From positions 73,658,001 to 73,722,000 of the forward strand of contig CM052816.1 in NCBI GenBank assembly GCA_028534125.1: a DNA stretch of 64,000 bases. Reading direction: 5' to 3'. Both the position numbers and the translations under genes were made by a program. Shown in pieces: positions 61,249 through 64,000 of the stretch; positions within the stretch are counted from its first letter, which is position 1; each line of letters begins with the position of its first letter. Below the pieces are notes generated by a model, which saw only the letters and a list, made by a program, of their open reading frames with translations, searched no databases and was not told the origin of the DNA. The DNA is from Lama glama (lineage: Eukaryota).

Positions 61249-62064
61249 GATCTATAGACCAGATGTTTGGAAAAGAGTTATCTATGTTTAGTCCTTAAAT
61301 TACAGAAAAATGTGGACAGAGAAATTGATCACTAATAATCTATTTATTCAAATAGTAATCTAGGGCTGTCTAGAAAATAAAAGTTACTGTGGCATACATT
61401 ATCTCTGAAAAGAGAGATGCAATGTTAAAAAATGCTTACTCACTTTTCTTCATATCCTAGGAGATTATGTGTTCCCACAGTAACTTCAGAAAACAGTCCC
61501 CACAGTTGCTTTGAGAAATCCAGCATTAAGTTAATTGTTAGGATACTAAGAAGGTCATGATAGCTTTCCTTAATAGAATATTCCCATAAAAATGAAAGCT
61601 ATGAATTCCCCCAAATCTCTCATAGCTTTTCCCTTTTCTCTAAAGTCTAGTGGATAGAATTCCATAATTTAGATCACTCTCTTTAAGTGTGGAAGGTAAA
61701 TCCCGTTATATGCATCTAAAGGTCATATTTAGGGAACAGAATAGGTGATTAAAAGACATCTTCAATAGCATTATGTTAAGGTTAGGATTAAGAGTTAAGG
61801 GTATTTAAATTTTAACCCTATTTGTGATTTTTACAAAAAGTATTTAGAGGTCAAAAAAGGCTCTTATTAAACAGAACTTAAATATGTATTTCTCTAGCAA
61901 GCTATCACTAGTTAGTAACTTCCATCTTATCTGTTAAATTATGTTGAGTAATTAAATACAACTGCAATAATACAAGTTGTTTAACAAGAATTAAGAAAAA
62001 AAGTAATGACTATATAATAAAAATTCTAAAAGTCAGTGTGATTATTTGGAAAAACAGAAATTAG

Positions 62065-62230
62065 GAAATTATGATTATTAATCCCAATTCTCCTATAAAT
62101 TCTTGGATATAGTACCTCAATCTTTTATTTTTCTTAGCTGTGAGACAAAGATATACATGTCAGCTTTTTCAGTAAGATTGAATGAAAAATAATGAATTTT
62201 GTTCCCAATCATTTTAAAAGCAATTTAAAA
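62065..62230 (+). mobile_element. MIR remnant
   Basis: AATCCCAATTCT...TCTTGG...TTTTCTTAGCTGTGA...GTAAGATTGAATGAAAAATAATG resembles the MIR core; very diverged. Confidence 0.4.
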
Positions 62231-64000
62231 GTGGGACAATAATTGTTTTGAGATGAATAATGTTAACTGAAAACAAAAGGATATAGTAGTTGTAATGACC
62301 TAATCCAATGTTGTAATAAATACCCTCTGATATGAAGTTCTAAAATGCAGGTTCAGAGATGGAAGTTATTATCACATACATACACACGCTATTGAGTTCC
62401 TTTAATATCATCAATTCCCATTTGAAAATTCCTGTTGGTCTTTATGATTCTCAACTTGGTATCAAACTCTGCCCTTGGCTATGAAGTCATTACATTCATT
62501 GTCTTGGAAAACATCATGTACAAGAAGAAAAACAAAATGTTGTAATTTGTATTTATTTCCATCCTTCTTTCTAACCACTGCCCAAATTCAGAATTGTTCC
62601 CTATTTCCTTGTACAGCCCTTTTCTGGTCACAAGGATGTTGTTAATTCAAAGGTTCAGAAATCATAGTTTTAATAAAAGAAATCTAAAAATCTAAATGCT
62701 AATTAAATTTCTTTTAAATGTTTTTTTCCACAAAGAGTACATAATTGCTTGAAAAGTATGCAAAAAAAGAAAGTTGCAAAACTTAACATTCTATTAAAGA
62801 AACCTTATATTAAATACAAATTAGCATTAAAAAAGCTCTTCATTAAAACGGGGGGGAAGCTAGAGAGGCAAATTGATCAGGAAATGTCTACTGAAAGAAT
62901 GAACAGTCAGAAGTCCCCTTGCAGGCTCCTAGTTTGATGGGAGGGAATTCTCATCTTCCTATACTCTCTTCTGAAAGGTCTCTGGTGAGATATCATAGAA
63001 TAATGACCAAAACCTCACAATCATTACCTAGCAATTATTACTTCTCTCTGCAAAGCCAGAAGAGAAAACAAGAAAGTACTGTATAAAATAAAGAGAATTA
63101 CCTCAGTGTTTAAGTGAGGAAGAGACACAGCTGAGTAAAAAATACCACTGTTAAAAAAACATCCACATGGGGGAACTTCAGAAGTCATGAATAAACTTTG
63201 GATTCTCGACTCCATAAGTTCCAAAGTTGGGGGGAGAAAGTCAGATAATTTTCTTTCATCTATGAAATTTGAATAGGAAATCATAGTTTAGTGTAGGTTT
63301 TAAACTATCTAGCTGTACCTAAACTTCTGTAATTATTTAAATATTGCTAGGTTACACTAATATTCATCCTTTGCTGTCATAATTAGCAGAATTAGAATTT
63401 CCCTAGAGTGCAGGATGAAACTGTGTCCTATAGAACGTTAGACGACCAGACAACTAAGACATCTTACTGGAGGCATGGAAATGTACCACTCACACTCCTT
63501 TCCAAGAAGGAACTCTATATCCAGTGCCTAAGGGTACAGTTTGCTGCCAGTCTAAGAGTATTAACTCCTTAAAGTCTGCCTCGGCTTTTGCACCCAGGTC
63601 ATACCCTTCTCAAGGTGGCATCAGTTAAATCTGAGCAAGACCCCTATGCTGAAGGGCCCATAGTAAGACACAACAGGAGAATCCTCAAAAACGAGCAATC
63701 TTTGCTTCAGGTTTTTCACTGGGCTCAGAGACTTGTAAGATCTGCACTGAAATCCTATTTGCCCCTACCCAGTGCTATTTTCTCCCTTTTCTTTTCATAG
63801 GTGTTGTCAATCCCCACTCTGGCTCAGCATTTGTTTCTCAGAGACCCAAGTAACACAGCAGACAGTGGTCCAAGAAAGCAGGCAGTAAAATGAGTCTTTG
63901 GAACTAGATAACTTACTACCTGGATGGCAAAGGACCCATCCCAGGTAATATGCATGGCACAGGTAATCCCATCTCGAAGCATTAGCCCAAGTGGCTGAAA

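Noticed and set aside
61595..61629. 10-bp inverted repeat AAAGCTATGA/TCATAGCTTT
   Set aside because: Short, AT-rich, with a 15-nt loop; plausible by chance in 64 kb.
63905..63930. U1 snRNA fragment (ACTTAC..CCTGG)
   Set aside because: The similarity is only that of an antisense splice donor; no further U1 sequence follows.
1..64000. CRISPR array, operon or other prokaryote-type system
   Set aside because: No regularly spaced repeats with spacers and no gene-dense ORFs; the sequence is mammalian repeat-rich non-coding DNA.

Overview
AT-rich, CpG-poor placental-mammal DNA, most likely camelid (two tRNA-derived SINEs resemble camelid Vic-1, and the young L1 3' UTRs fit). The window looks intronic or intergenic: I can support no intact protein-coding gene or RNA gene. 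ORF-track entries are L1 ORF2 remnants, their antisense shadows, N-gap artefacts or chance ORFs. Much of the window is transposon-derived: a near full-length decayed L1 (~9.55-15.4 kb), four younger L1 pieces, old L1M/L2/CR1/MIR fragments, several MaLR/ERVL LTRs, an ERVL internal fragment, hAT and Tigger-type DNA elements, and a solo ERV LTR with a 5-bp TSD. There is also a 500-N gap and a probable processed retrocopy interrupted by an L1. The best second-look items are a perfect 26-bp inverted repeat that looks like a templated insertion, a twin-primed L1 fused to an older L1 tail, the solo LTR, an L1 TSD diverged by reciprocal CpG decay, and a few exon-like or enhancer-like unique segments. 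I found no convincing novel biological system. Repeat family names come from recalled consensus motifs, not from a search, and boundaries of old repeats are approximate.
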